From the IMG/VR virus record IMGVR_UViG_3300028602_000005, positions 178,137 through 242,136 of that record: a stretch of 64,000 bases of DNA; one strand, 5' to 3'. The notes under the pieces are model-generated. The model was not told the DNA's origin, did no database searches, and saw only the letters and a program-made list of their open reading frames with translations. Each line of letters opens with the position of its first letter. The first letter of the stretch is position 1. The DNA comes from a virus. Its lineage: Duplodnaviria; Heunggongvirae; Uroviricota; Caudoviricetes. Below, in pieces: positions 46,102-56,560 of the stretch. The position numbers were made by a program, and so were the translations under genes.

Positions 46102-47538
46102 TTATTTTCCTATAACATTTATAACCTCTTCTTTGGTTAAGTCTTCAAACTTACCTTTTTCATTTACATATACATATCTAATATTCCATTTTTTTGATTC
46201 ATAAAAAGATATTCTAGGAAGTAATGTTTCTCTTATATCCAAACATCCTATATCAACAATTTCTATTATTATTGGAATATTTTTGTCTTTTTTAGATCTA
46301 ACAACTCTTCCACTTAATTGTTCGATATTTGAAATGGGACTTGTTGTTATCAAACAATCTTTTTTAGGAATATCAACACCATCTCTTATTTTTAAAGGAG
46401 TGGAAAAAACTAATTTACTTTTTAAGATATTATTTTTTTCTGATCCTATAAATTTTACTTTATCCATTTCTTTGGGTAATTTATCAAATAATAATTGTAT
46501 GTGGTTTTTTCTTTCACTCATTACAATTATATCTCTTTTATCTTTATAAACTTTTTTAATTAAACTAATTAAAAATTCATTTAAAATTTTAGAATTTTTA
46601 AGCAAATTCAAATATCTAGGTCTATAAAAATTTCCCCCAAAATAAACATATTTAGAACTTTTTTTAATAATTCCAAAATCTAAAAAGAATATTGTGACTC
46701 TAGCATCCATTACACTAGCTTCACCTTCTGGTATAAAAATATTTCCCATATGATATTCTATTATATCACCATTTCCATCCCATCTATAAGGAGTAGCACT
46801 TAAACCAATTGTTATTTTAGATGGAACGTAAATAGAACATTTTGAAAAAGATGGTGCTCCTATACTTGTATGAACTTCATCCCCAACAAATATACCTATC
46901 TCTGAATTAAATAATGCTTTTTGAAAATTTATTTTATCTCTTTTTAAAAGAGAGAAAAATGTTTGAGATGTCGTAACTATTATATCACATTCAGAAAGAA
47001 CTTTTTTATAATTTAATGATGTCAGTCTTTTTATTTTTTTAGGATTTATATCTGTAAATGATAAGAATCCTTGAGGGTCTTCTTCTGTTCCTGGCCCAAT
47101 CCATTGATCTACTAAATTATCTTTATGAACTAAAATTAAAGATTTCTTTTTTAATGTAGCTATTACATAAATTGTAGTTATCGTCTTTCCACTACCAGGT
47201 ACTGCTTTTAAAAGACCTTTTTTATTATTTATTAAAAAATTAACTATATTTAACTGAAGTTCATCTCTTAATTTTATATGATGATTAATATTTATATCTA
47301 AACCATCTCCTATAATATCTTCTATTTCGAATGAGAATTTACAAAAATTTTCCAATGGAAAATATCTAGGAATTAAAAGATATTTTTCATTTTCCTGAAA
47401 AAATTCAGTTATTGTATAACTCTTTCTATCAAAATTTCTTGACGATCTAGTTAAAAATTTTTTAATTATCATATAAAAATATTCATTTTCATATTTTTTA
47501 GATATTAATATTCCAGAAGATCTTTTAAATAATAGCAT
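46102..47538 (-). CDS. SF2 DExH helicase (UvsW/XPB-like)
   Basis: LR..Q, PGSGKT, DEVH, LSATP.R.DG, DGVDIP, QLSGRVVR. Confidence 0.9.
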   Translation of the reverse strand: MLLFKRSSGILISKKYENEYFYMIIKKFLTRSSRNFDRKSYTITEFFQENEKYLLIPRYFPLENFCKFSFEIEDIIGDGLDININHHIKLRDELQLNIVNFLINNKKGLLKAVPGSGKTITTIYVIATLKKKSLILVHKDNLVDQWIGPGTEEDPQGFLSFTDINPKKIKRLTSLNYKKVLSECDIIVTTSQTFFSLLKRDKINFQKALFNSEIGIFVGDEVHTSIGAPSFSKCSIYVPSKITIGLSATPYRWDGNGDIIEYHMGNIFIPEGEASVMDARVTIFFLDFGIIKKSSKYVYFGGNFYRPRYLNLLKNSKILNEFLISLIKKVYKDKRDIIVMSERKNHIQLLFDKLPKEMDKVKFIGSEKNNILKSKLVFSTPLKIRDGVDIPKKDCLITTSPISNIEQLSGRVVRSKKDKNIPIIIEIVDIGCLDIRETLLPRISFYESKKWNIRYVYVNEKGKFEDLTKEEVINVIGK

Positions 47539-47566
47539 AATTTATTTTCCTATTTAATTTAATTTT

Positions 47567-48007
47567 TTATAATATACCTGTAAATTCCACCTCTGAATTT
47601 TTACCTTCTGTAATTTTTACACACAATAAATCAATATTATCATATCCTAAGAGTTTATTTTTCATATCATAATATATAAATTTTGCAATAGATTCTATTG
47701 TAGGATTAGATAGAAGTTTAATAAATTTTAAATCGCAATCATGATCATCATTAGAAAGAAGTTTTTCTATATTCGAACTTAATGAATCTTCATAATTATA
47801 AATAAAAGCATGATCAATAAGTGAAACGGAATCTTTTATTATTTTTTCTAATTCCTTAAAATCTATCACCATACCTCTATTGTCAAGTTTTTTTGACATT
47901 ACAGTTACTGAAATTTCAAGATCATGCCCATGAATATTTTTACATACTTCATGTCCACTTAGTCTATGACCTATTGAAATATTTACACTCTTTGTTAAAT
48001 AAAACAT
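47567..48007 (-). CDS. queD: 6-carboxytetrahydropterin synthase / PTPS family
   Basis: GHRL...C.NIHGH, GMVIDF, DHA, PT.E.IA, E. Confidence 0.88.
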   Translation of the reverse strand: MFYLTKSVNISIGHRLSGHEVCKNIHGHDLEISVTVMSKKLDNRGMVIDFKELEKIIKDSVSLIDHAFIYNYEDSLSSNIEKLLSNDDHDCDLKFIKLLSNPTIESIAKFIYYDMKNKLLGYDNIDLLCVKITEGKNSEVEFTGIL

Positions 48008-48010
48008 ATT

Positions 48011-49339
48011 TTAACTTTTTCTCCTTTTAATAAAATTAGATATAAAATTGGAATATTGATCTAAACAATGTTCTTCTATTTTTTCAAGTTTGTCTTTATA
48101 ATATTTTATAGTATTAGATAAATCATTAATATCAATATTAATTGTTAATAATCTATTTATTCTATATTTATTAAATAATTCTTTAATTATTTCTTCACTT
48201 TCTTCAGATTCTTTTGATATATTTTTTATAATTTCTTCTATATCTTTAATTTTATTTTTAGATAAATAATTACCTAAAAATGGTCTTATCTTTTCAAGAA
48301 TTTTATATTCATTTATTACAGTATTTATTCTATTTATTTCAGTATTTAACATTACCTTATTTACATCAATAAATTCTTTATATGATTTCAATAATAATTC
48401 ATCAACAGAAGGTCTATAAACTTTTCCATTTACATCAACAACAGTAATTTCATAATTTATATTTCCAATTACTGCTTCTTCAAATTTTTCAAGAAAACTT
48501 TTAAATATTTCATCTCTATTTCTTAGTTTAGAAACTTCAAATATAATATTAGTTTCTTTCCTTGATAAATCTATAATCCCTATATCATTGTTTTCAAATT
48601 CTTTTGAAAATTTGGATATTATAGATTTAAATTTATTACCTTCTGGCCAAGAGTTTAAAATTATTCTATTATTTTTTTTATCTACAGTATATTTACCTCT
48701 TACTTTAATACTTTTAGTTCCTTTTTCTAAAAGCTCTTTTAATTCATCATCTTTAGATAAAATAACACAATCAGTTTTGGGTTTAATTATAGGTTCTTTT
48801 TTTATTTTACCTAAAAGAAATTCTAATCTTTTAAACAGATCACTGAGTTCAAAGGTAGGAGATAAAATCCTACAACCAAACCCTATTCCCATACTCGATC
48901 CCATTAAACAAAATGGAAACATAGTTGGAATAAATAATGGTTCTTTATCTAATTCAGAATCAATTTTTGGAACATAATCAATATATTTAAATGCCATTTC
49001 AACAACCCAATTTGATAATTTACATTCAGTATATCTCATTGCTGAAGCCTCACATGGTTCTACACCAACACTTGATCCAAAATTTCCCTGTTTATCTAAA
49101 AAACCATTATTTACCATTTGAATTATCGTTGTATAACAACTTCCATGAGGATGATAATGACCAATCACATGACCATCTACTCTGGCACTTTTCACTAATT
49201 TACCTCTAGCTATTTCAAAAGTAGATAAAAGAACTCTTCTTTCAACAGGTTTTAAGCCATCTAAATCTAAAGGTAAAGCTCTGTTTCTATTTACATATAA
49301 TCCGTATTCTCTGTAAAGATTTGGTATTAAATTATCCAT
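48011..49339 (-). CDS. Type IIA topoisomerase subunit A (short, no beta-pinwheel CTD)
   Basis: RALP...DGLKPVERR, KSARV.G...G.YHPHG, QGNFG, AMRYTE. Confidence 0.92.
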   Translation of the reverse strand: MDNLIPNLYREYGLYVNRNRALPLDLDGLKPVERRVLLSTFEIARGKLVKSARVDGHVIGHYHPHGSCYTTIIQMVNNGFLDKQGNFGSSVGVEPCEASAMRYTECKLSNWVVEMAFKYIDYVPKIDSELDKEPLFIPTMFPFCLMGSSMGIGFGCRILSPTFELSDLFKRLEFLLGKIKKEPIIKPKTDCVILSKDDELKELLEKGTKSIKVRGKYTVDKKNNRIILNSWPEGNKFKSIISKFSKEFENNDIGIIDLSRKETNIIFEVSKLRNRDEIFKSFLEKFEEAVIGNINYEITVVDVNGKVYRPSVDELLLKSYKEFIDVNKVMLNTEINRINTVINEYKILEKIRPFLGNYLSKNKIKDIEEIIKNISKESEESEEIIKELFNKYRINRLLTINIDINDLSNTIKYYKDKLEKIEEHCLDQYSNFISNFIKRRKS

Positions 49340-49401
49340 TATTTATTTGTTACCTTTTTATTGGTAGAATTACCTTTTATTTTTTCCATAATATATTATC
49401 C

Positions 49402-49787
49402 TCAATCTAATACGATTACTCCTTCTGGATAAGCTTCCGTACCAATTGGAATTTCAAAACTTAAATAAGCAGCATCTTTGTATAATGATTCATCTTTAAG
49501 AAATCTCTTAAGTGCATTGACAGAAGAAATCAAACTAAAATTTTTTTTTGTTCTCCTATAGGTTTTACTCTTATAATCATAAATTTAAATGGATGTGTTA
49601 AATATTCTTTAAATTTAAATGCATTTTCAAATGTATCAAAAACTAATATTCCTGGTGTATTTGGAATAGGTTTAACATGATTACCTTTAAAATAATATAA
49701 AGATTCGTTGAGTATTTTACATGTTTTATATATCACACTCCTCCTAGAATTAGTAACCACTTTCCATTTTATATTTTCTTTTTTCAT
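49402..49787 (-). pseudogene. Hypothetical gene with an apparent frameshift at an A9 run
   Basis: The 85-aa frame stops at 49530; the -1 frame continues NFSLISS...PIGTEAYPEGVIVLD to a TGA at 49402. Confidence 0.5.
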
Positions 49788-50290
49788 AAAACTTTTGAAC
49801 CTCTCAATATTGCTAAATCATGATATATATGATATGGAACAAGTCTTCGATATTCTTCATCTTTTCCTAGTTTATATAAATCTCTAAAAGCTGAAGAACT
49901 ATAATAGAAATATTGTGGGTCACACATTAAAAAGAATGTTTCGACATTTCCAATTTCTCTATTTAAAGATGCAATCTGAAATTCATAATTAAAATCAGTA
50001 TTTGATCTTAATCCTCTAATAATAGATATTGAATCAGTCAAAAGTTTTCTTTCATTTACATAATCTTTAACTAATCCAGAAAAATTATCACATATAACAT
50101 ATGAATCTTTAAAGCTTTGTTCGATAAAAGATTTTCTTTCTTCCAAAGTAAACATTGTTTTTTTATTTGAATTTTCAGATATTAGAACAATAACTGTATC
50201 AAAAATTTCTAAACTTCTATTCACTATATCAAAATGACCATATGTGATAGGATCAAATGTTCCTGGATATATTCCTACTTTCTTCTCCAT
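49784..50290 (-). CDS. coaD: Phosphopantetheine adenylyltransferase
   Basis: YPGTFDPITYGH, N..K..MF..EER, IRGLR...DF.YE.Q.A..NR, ETFFL, SSS. Confidence 0.9.
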   Translation of the reverse strand: MEKKVGIYPGTFDPITYGHFDIVNRSLEIFDTVIVLISENSNKKTMFTLEERKSFIEQSFKDSYVICDNFSGLVKDYVNERKLLTDSISIIRGLRSNTDFNYEFQIASLNREIGNVETFFLMCDPQYFYYSSSAFRDLYKLGKDEEYRRLVPYHIYHDLAILRGSKVL

Positions 50291-50295
50291 AAAAA

Positions 50296-52074
50296 TTACT
50301 CCATTCCCAATAATTTCCTTTTTTCACTTACACTTTCAAATAATTTCATTATATTTTCAAGATTTTCAGTATATTCTACTTTTATCAAATTTCTTGTTTT
50401 TTTATTTAAAGCTGAAATTTCTAATTGCCAAGGTTCTAATTCACCCAATCCTTTGAATCTTGTTATATTTTCACCCTTTTCTCTATACTTATCTAATGTT
50501 TCATTATCCCAAATAGGAATAAAATTTTTTCCTTTTGTTATTCCATATAAAGGCATTTTAGCTAAATAATAATGACCTTCTTTTATAATTTCTGGAACTA
50601 AAGTTGCCAGCGCAATAGTCAATAAACAAAATATATGACCACCGTCAGCATCAGCATCAACAGCAGATATTACCTTATCATATTTTAATTTTTTTATATC
50701 AAAGTCTGGTCCTACACCTGTCCCAAGAGATTGAATTAATTCAGATATTTCTTTATTTGCTAAAATATCTTTTTTATTTATTATCGAAGGAATTTTACCT
50801 CTTAATGGAAATATTGCATGTATTCTAGGATCTCTTGAATTTATAAATGGTCCTGAAGCAGAATCTCCTTCTACGATGAATAATTCCCCATTTGAATTTA
50901 AACAATCTCTCAATTTAGTAAATCCTGTTGTTAATCGCTTTCTTGAAGAATTTCCAGAATTTATTTTTTTAGAGTTCATTTTAATTCTGTAATTTTTAAA
51001 ATATTCTAAAATCTTATCTAAATCATCATTATTTTTATTTAATTCTATTTCTAAAACTTGCCTAATTTTTGAAAATAGTTTAGTAAAATATGTTTTCCTA
51101 TTAATAAGTTTTTCTTTTGACTGACCAGATAATTCTGGTTTTAATAATTCCAAACTTATATAACATCTTAAACCACAAAGAACATCATTAGGTTGAAGTC
51201 TTAAATTTGCTTTCTTTGCCTTAATTAATAAATAATCTTTTAAACACTCAAAAAACAGATTTACATGTGTTCCACCATCTTTAACAGGTAATATATTTAC
51301 TGATGAAATTACCTTTGGCATTATAGGAGCATTATAAACATATGAAAATAAAATATCAAAGTTTTCTTTCCCCAAAGATCCATTTATTTTAAATATTTTA
51401 GATGATTCTTTATTATTTAAAAATTGATCTTTGAAAAATGTTTCTTTATCTAATTTTATAACTTCTTGTTTACCGTCTATTTGTAGGACAAATGTACAAT
51501 TTTTTAATTCAGCGGAAGCAATTAGAATTCTTTCTCTAACTCTTTCTAAATCTATTTTTTCATCTTCAAAATATTTCTTATTTGGTTTAAATTTTATGAG
51601 TGTTGAATATGGTTTTTCTTCAGTTTTTATTTTATCTTTTTTCACAATTACTGAATTTTCGAAATAATATCTTGAATTTTCACTATTTCTAAAAATACTT
51701 ATTTCAAATGTTTCACTCAAAGCATTTATGGCTACTAATCCTACACCATGTAAACCACTACAAATTTCATAGACTGTTTTTCCATCTTGGAATTTTGCGC
51801 CTGAAAATAATTTTGTTGAAATTGTAATCGGTATATCCTTTTCTGTGGGAATTCCTCTTCCGTTATCTATTATAGAATATTCATTTTTTTTAGTATCTAT
51901 TATTATTGCGATAGCATTTGCATATCCAGATAAAGCTTCGTCTATACTATTATCAAAAGCTTCCTCTAATAAATGTACGGGATTACTAGTTTCCCCAATA
52001 TACATTCCTGGATTCATTCTAACATGTTCAATTTCTTCTACAATTTTTATATCTTCATGAGAATATTCTGACAT
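50296..52074 (-). CDS. Type IIA topoisomerase subunit B
   Basis: EHVR..PGMYIG, E..DNS.DE, DNGRGIP, GLHGVG, GGTH, EGDSA, PLRGK, DADADG, RFKGLGE. Confidence 0.93.
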   Translation of the reverse strand: MSEYSHEDIKIVEEIEHVRMNPGMYIGETSNPVHLLEEAFDNSIDEALSGYANAIAIIIDTKKNEYSIIDNGRGIPTEKDIPITISTKLFSGAKFQDGKTVYEICSGLHGVGLVAINALSETFEISIFRNSENSRYYFENSVIVKKDKIKTEEKPYSTLIKFKPNKKYFEDEKIDLERVRERILIASAELKNCTFVLQIDGKQEVIKLDKETFFKDQFLNNKESSKIFKINGSLGKENFDILFSYVYNAPIMPKVISSVNILPVKDGGTHVNLFFECLKDYLLIKAKKANLRLQPNDVLCGLRCYISLELLKPELSGQSKEKLINRKTYFTKLFSKIRQVLEIELNKNNDDLDKILEYFKNYRIKMNSKKINSGNSSRKRLTTGFTKLRDCLNSNGELFIVEGDSASGPFINSRDPRIHAIFPLRGKIPSIINKKDILANKEISELIQSLGTGVGPDFDIKKLKYDKVISAVDADADGGHIFCLLTIALATLVPEIIKEGHYYLAKMPLYGITKGKNFIPIWDNETLDKYREKGENITRFKGLGELEPWQLEISALNKKTRNLIKVEYTENLENIMKLFESVSEKRKLLGME

Positions 52075-52096
52075 CTATCCTCCAATTAAAATAAAT

Positions 52097-53365
52097 TTAT
52101 AATTTAATTACATATCCACTTCTATCAATTAAATTTGTTTGACCATTTTTATTTACAATCCAAATAATTTTATTTGGTAATAAATTTCTTGGTATTTTAT
52201 TTATATCTTCACAGAAACCATCTGTAAAAACTAAAATAACATCATTTTTTATTTCTTTGAATTGTTTTAATGCTGGATATAATTCTGTTCCACCTCTACC
52301 CTTTAAATCATATCTGATATCACTTAATTTTTTTATAGTATATATTTTTTGTATTATAGTATCTATTTCTATAACAGTAGTGGTAGTATTTCTATCATGT
52401 TCTATAAAATCAACTATTGCCGATAAACCTTCTTTTATATCTTCTATTGCCATACTAGCTGAAATATCTAAAATAATACCTATCTTAAAACTAAAATCTT
52501 TTCTTTTACCTGGAAATAATGCCATCTTTATTGAATCTTCATTACTTCCTTCTAATAAATATAATCTTTTTTTATTTATCCTAGAATATGATTTAGTATA
52601 TTTTGATCTTTTTGATCCTTTAACTAATTTTCTAACTATATAATAATAAGGAAGTATTGGTTCAAATAATAATTCATCAATTAATTCTGTTATATATCCT
52701 GGGATATTACCTCTATCTCTAATAGAATTAAAAGATTGTTTTACTATATTTTTAATATAATTTTCTAATGTTCTTATTAAAACTGAATTATCGCTAGATG
52801 AAAAATCTAAATTATTAACCCATTTAATATGATTATCTTTTTCATCTTTATTTTCTCCATTATTTTTTAAATTTTTAAAATATTCATAATAATATTCTGA
52901 AGATTGCTTTTCTAATAAACCGACTTTCTTTGGATGATATAATGGATATGGTTTTTCATTTACTATTAATTCAGAAATATTTAATATACTATTAACAGCA
53001 CAATCTGCTCCTTTACTCCAATCCTTTTTTATTTTTTCAGCTTTTTTTTGATCTTCATAATTTAAATTTATTCTTTTTATATTTTCAATTTCTAACATTT
53101 TTAAAAGTCTTGGGATGTGTCTATTAAGTATATGAATACCCTCATGTTCTATAATTTTTGTATTATGTGAATATGAAGTATTCTTAATTAAATCATTATT
53201 AAAAATTAATGATATTAAACCATCATTTTCCAAACTAACCATCATAGGAAATTTAATACTATTGTCTTCTATTCTTCTTATTTTAGAAAATACATAACCC
53301 CAATAATTATCATCTAAAATTAATTTACCTATGATTTTGGAAATAATAGAATCACTTCCGATCAT
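52097..53365 (-). CDS. DUF2201-like metallopeptidase plus vWA protein
   Basis: HEGIH, D..VN, DISASM, GRGGT, FTDG. Confidence 0.8.
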   Translation of the reverse strand: MIGSDSIISKIIGKLILDDNYWGYVFSKIRRIEDNSIKFPMMVSLENDGLISLIFNNDLIKNTSYSHNTKIIEHEGIHILNRHIPRLLKMLEIENIKRINLNYEDQKKAEKIKKDWSKGADCAVNSILNISELIVNEKPYPLYHPKKVGLLEKQSSEYYYEYFKNLKNNGENKDEKDNHIKWVNNLDFSSSDNSVLIRTLENYIKNIVKQSFNSIRDRGNIPGYITELIDELLFEPILPYYYIVRKLVKGSKRSKYTKSYSRINKKRLYLLEGSNEDSIKMALFPGKRKDFSFKIGIILDISASMAIEDIKEGLSAIVDFIEHDRNTTTTVIEIDTIIQKIYTIKKLSDIRYDLKGRGGTELYPALKQFKEIKNDVILVFTDGFCEDINKIPRNLLPNKIIWIVNKNGQTNLIDRSGYVIKL

Positions 53366-54585
53366 AATTTTTCCTTTTTAAGATTACTCAATTTCTGATA
53401 ATAATTTTCCATATAAAGAGGGAGCTTTTTCATCTTAATATGTAGTTTTGTAAAATATTTATATTCTTCTGAAGCACTTCCATATGTATCTATTACAGAT
53501 AAGAATGAAGTAGCAATATCTATTGGAATATCTGTTAAAAACATTCCTATATTATTTATCAACTCATCATTAATTTCAGGTCGATGCGTTAAAGTATAAA
53601 TTGAAAATGACTGCATAATATTAGATAATTTAACATAATTATTATTTTCTATTAAATTTAAAATATATTTTCTTACATCATTATATTTTTCTAATATATC
53701 TTTTGGATTAATATCAAAACCTTCTTTTATAAAATCTATAAACAATCTTGCATGTGATAAATTTATTTTTCCAGCTATCAAAGGAAGTAATTCTTCAGAA
53801 TTTTGAATTAAATTAAAACCTGATAATTCATAACCATATAAAATAGTTGAAACTTCTTCCCAACTTCCAGGATTAGAATAAACACTCCCTAATTTTTGTG
53901 AATCATAATCATATAAATAATTAGGATGAATAATAATCCAATCAATTACGGAATTATGAAATTTTTTCTCTTTCGCATAATTTAAAAATGATTGTACATT
54001 GACATCAGTATAAATATGAAGAGTTCTTCTTAAACCAGCCGCATCTTCAAAAGAATTCATTGAATATTCTCTATCATCTGGATTATCTAAACAAATTACA
54101 AACCAACCTTTAGGAAATTCTTTTAAATGTATTTTATATTCGTTTTGAATTTGCCACATTAATTGTTGGAGGTTATCATCCCCTCTACTAAATTCATCTA
54201 TTACAAAGATTCCAAATGAATCTTCTTCTTTGGGAATAAATTCAGTATAAAACATTTCAAATGTCTTTTGATCTGGAAGTGGATATGGACCCATTAAATC
54301 ATCTCTCGATATAACTGGAGATGTTATTTTTATATATTTAAAATCGATATTTAAAATTTCACTTATTTCTTCTTGAATTTGTTTACATATTTGAGTTTTA
54401 CCAACACCTGCTGGTCCTATAATATGAAATGTTTGTTTTTTTAAATCAAATCCTTCATTCCAGCAATTTATTGTATTAATAATATTTTGTTTAATTAATT
54501 TTTTAATTTGATCTATAGATAATACTGATATATTCAACTTTTCAAAATATTTCTTCTCTACTTCACCTTCCATTTTTAACCTCAA
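53362..54585 (-). CDS. MoxR-like AAA+ ATPase
   Basis: GPAGVGKT, DL.G.P, DEFSR, NP, D.A..RR, NP.SWE; paired with the vWA gene. Confidence 0.85.
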   Translation of the reverse strand: MRLKMEGEVEKKYFEKLNISVLSIDQIKKLIKQNIINTINCWNEGFDLKKQTFHIIGPAGVGKTQICKQIQEEISEILNIDFKYIKITSPVISRDDLMGPYPLPDQKTFEMFYTEFIPKEEDSFGIFVIDEFSRGDDNLQQLMWQIQNEYKIHLKEFPKGWFVICLDNPDDREYSMNSFEDAAGLRRTLHIYTDVNVQSFLNYAKEKKFHNSVIDWIIIHPNYLYDYDSQKLGSVYSNPGSWEEVSTILYGYELSGFNLIQNSEELLPLIAGKINLSHARLFIDFIKEGFDINPKDILEKYNDVRKYILNLIENNNYVKLSNIMQSFSIYTLTHRPEINDELINNIGMFLTDIPIDIATSFLSVIDTYGSASEEYKYFTKLHIKMKKLPLYMENYYQKLSNLKKEKL

Positions 54586-54718
54586 AAAATCATTTTATAA
54601 AAACCATAAAGAAAAATAAATGTTATAATTAATGAAATGATAAAAATAGTTAATAAATATTTTTCATTTAAGGATTTTCTATTTTTAAAAATCATTTCAA
54701 ATTCTCCTCATTATTAAA

Positions 54719-54743
54719 GGGGGTTAGTATAATACTAACCCCC
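54719..54743 (-). terminator. Hairpin / terminator
   Basis: GGGGGTTAGTAT/ATACTAACCCCC. Confidence 0.65.
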
Positions 54744-54767
54744 ATATATACGTGATAAATACTCTAT

Positions 54768-55700
54768 TTAGAAAACAAAATCATCTGTAACAAATTTATT
54801 TTCTTTTTCACTAGAATTTGTATTGTTAACTGGTTCAAATTCTGGAATAGAATCTTCGTCATTATTATCATCAAAAATTTGATCTTCTGAAAAATTACTT
54901 CCAACACCAACAGCAGCGGAGCCTGACATGTTTTTAGACCAATCAAACTTTTCTTTAAATTCTTTTTGTGTTTCTTTTGCCATTTTAAGAAGCTTAAAAA
55001 CATCACTATTTTCCAAAAATTCTTTGCTTTTATTAAGCTGAAATACCATTTTATCTCCATATCTGGTATTTTGAGAACCAACTGTTATTTTTGTGAGATG
55101 TCTTTTATTATTTGAATATAGTTTCTCAAATTTCTTAGTTTCATCTGTAGCAGGTTGAAAAAGAGGTGGATATTCAAGCTTGGATAATTCGTCTAAATAT
55201 GTTCCGACATTATTATATTTAGCTCCCTTTCCTCTTATAAATCCATAAACAATTCTTCCTTCACTATCTTTAATTAATCTCTTTTCCAAATTTCTTTCTC
55301 CTGGATTTACAAGAACTCCAGCTACAATCAATTCTGTTTTACAATTTTTACAAAAATCATTTGCGGCTCTTTCAGTTCCATTCTTACAACAAATTTTTCC
55401 TGTCGTAGATTTCCAAGGCCATTCACCTTCTCTAAAAGAGAAACATTCAACCTTATTTTTATCATTCTTTTTCAATAATACTTGGTGAGTATGAAGAATA
55501 ATCATATAAACTTCAGTCAAATTTATATTAAAACCTCTAATTTGAAGTTTACCTCCTTCTTCTACTTCATCCTTATAATTTTTCCTTGTTGATCCTGCAA
55601 TGTAAATAGAATGGAAAAACTCATCTTCTGGTTTTATTTGAGGTCTTGAAATTCCTCCTCCATAAACACTACCTTTATAATCATTAAAACTTTCACTCAT
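54768..55700 (-). CDS. Putative single-stranded DNA-binding protein
   Basis: Cys cluster, beta-rich core, long acidic tail ending DDFVF; own terminator. Confidence 0.5.
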   Translation of the reverse strand: MSESFNDYKGSVYGGGISRPQIKPEDEFFHSIYIAGSTRKNYKDEVEEGGKLQIRGFNINLTEVYMIILHTHQVLLKKNDKNKVECFSFREGEWPWKSTTGKICCKNGTERAANDFCKNCKTELIVAGVLVNPGERNLEKRLIKDSEGRIVYGFIRGKGAKYNNVGTYLDELSKLEYPPLFQPATDETKKFEKLYSNNKRHLTKITVGSQNTRYGDKMVFQLNKSKEFLENSDVFKLLKMAKETQKEFKEKFDWSKNMSGSAAVGVGSNFSEDQIFDDNNDEDSIPEFEPVNNTNSSEKENKFVTDDFVF

Positions 55701-55721
55701 AAAAAATGTTCCTTTCTTTAA

Positions 55722-56324
55722 TTATTTATTTAGTTCGAGTAAAAAGTTACAAAACCCATTTTTCTTAGGTAATGTAACGATACTATATGTTGAATCAAAC
55801 CAACATTTTGTAGGTTCTTCCATAATAGATGATGATGAAAATTTAATTATTTTTCTATCTTCAAAATTAGAAATATCTTTAATTTTTTCATCTTTTAAAA
55901 TTATAAAATTTATTTTCCTTACCTTAGAATCTGTTAATTCACCTGTTATTAACTTAGTATGAGGGCAATATATAATTATTATTTCATCATCACTTATTTT
56001 TCTGAAAATTTCATTTTTATATAAATATAAATTTGAATCAATATCATACGCCAAAGACTTTCCTTCAAACACAACTCTTTCGATTGAAGTATGTTGACGA
56101 CATAAATTTATGCCTATTTTTTTCTTTTCTTTACAAACACTACAATTAGAATTATCTATCGAATAATTTGGAATTATATCTTTTATTTTTTTATCATTAG
56201 AAGATACTTTTGAAATAGTATTTAATATTTTTTTTCTGTTTAATAATAATTTTAAAATTGTAACTGGAAAAACTTCAATTTGTAGGTTTTCAGTAAACTT
56301 TTCAATGAACAGATTCTTCTTCAT
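55722..56324 (-). CDS. Hypothetical protein with a CxxC...CxxH zinc finger
   Basis: CSVC...LCRQH; AGGAG RBS. Confidence 0.65.
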   Translation of the reverse strand: MKKNLFIEKFTENLQIEVFPVTILKLLLNRKKILNTISKVSSNDKKIKDIIPNYSIDNSNCSVCKEKKKIGINLCRQHTSIERVVFEGKSLAYDIDSNLYLYKNEIFRKISDDEIIIIYCPHTKLITGELTDSKVRKINFIILKDEKIKDISNFEDRKIIKFSSSSIMEEPTKCWFDSTYSIVTLPKKNGFCNFLLELNK

Positions 56325-56378
56325 ACAAACTCCTATAAAATTTTTTGGGAAAAAAGCATGTTAATAAAATTTCACAAA

Positions 56379-56499
56379 TATACTCCTGACGTAAACTATT
56401 TTTTAATTATCAAAAAATAGTTTTAACATCAGGAGTATAAAATATATATTCACCATGTCATAAACTATTTTTTTTAATAATATAAAAATAGTCACGACA
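56379..56499 (-). other. Tandem related long hairpins (structured leader or ncRNA)
   Basis: 56379-56439 and 56456-56499 share ACTATTTTT...AAAAATAGT; G-U pairs on the minus strand. Confidence 0.55.
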
Positions 56500-56560
56500 G
56501 GAATTTTTTCTGTCCAATACTACTCTTTTTTAAACAATATAATATAATTATTTTATAAAA

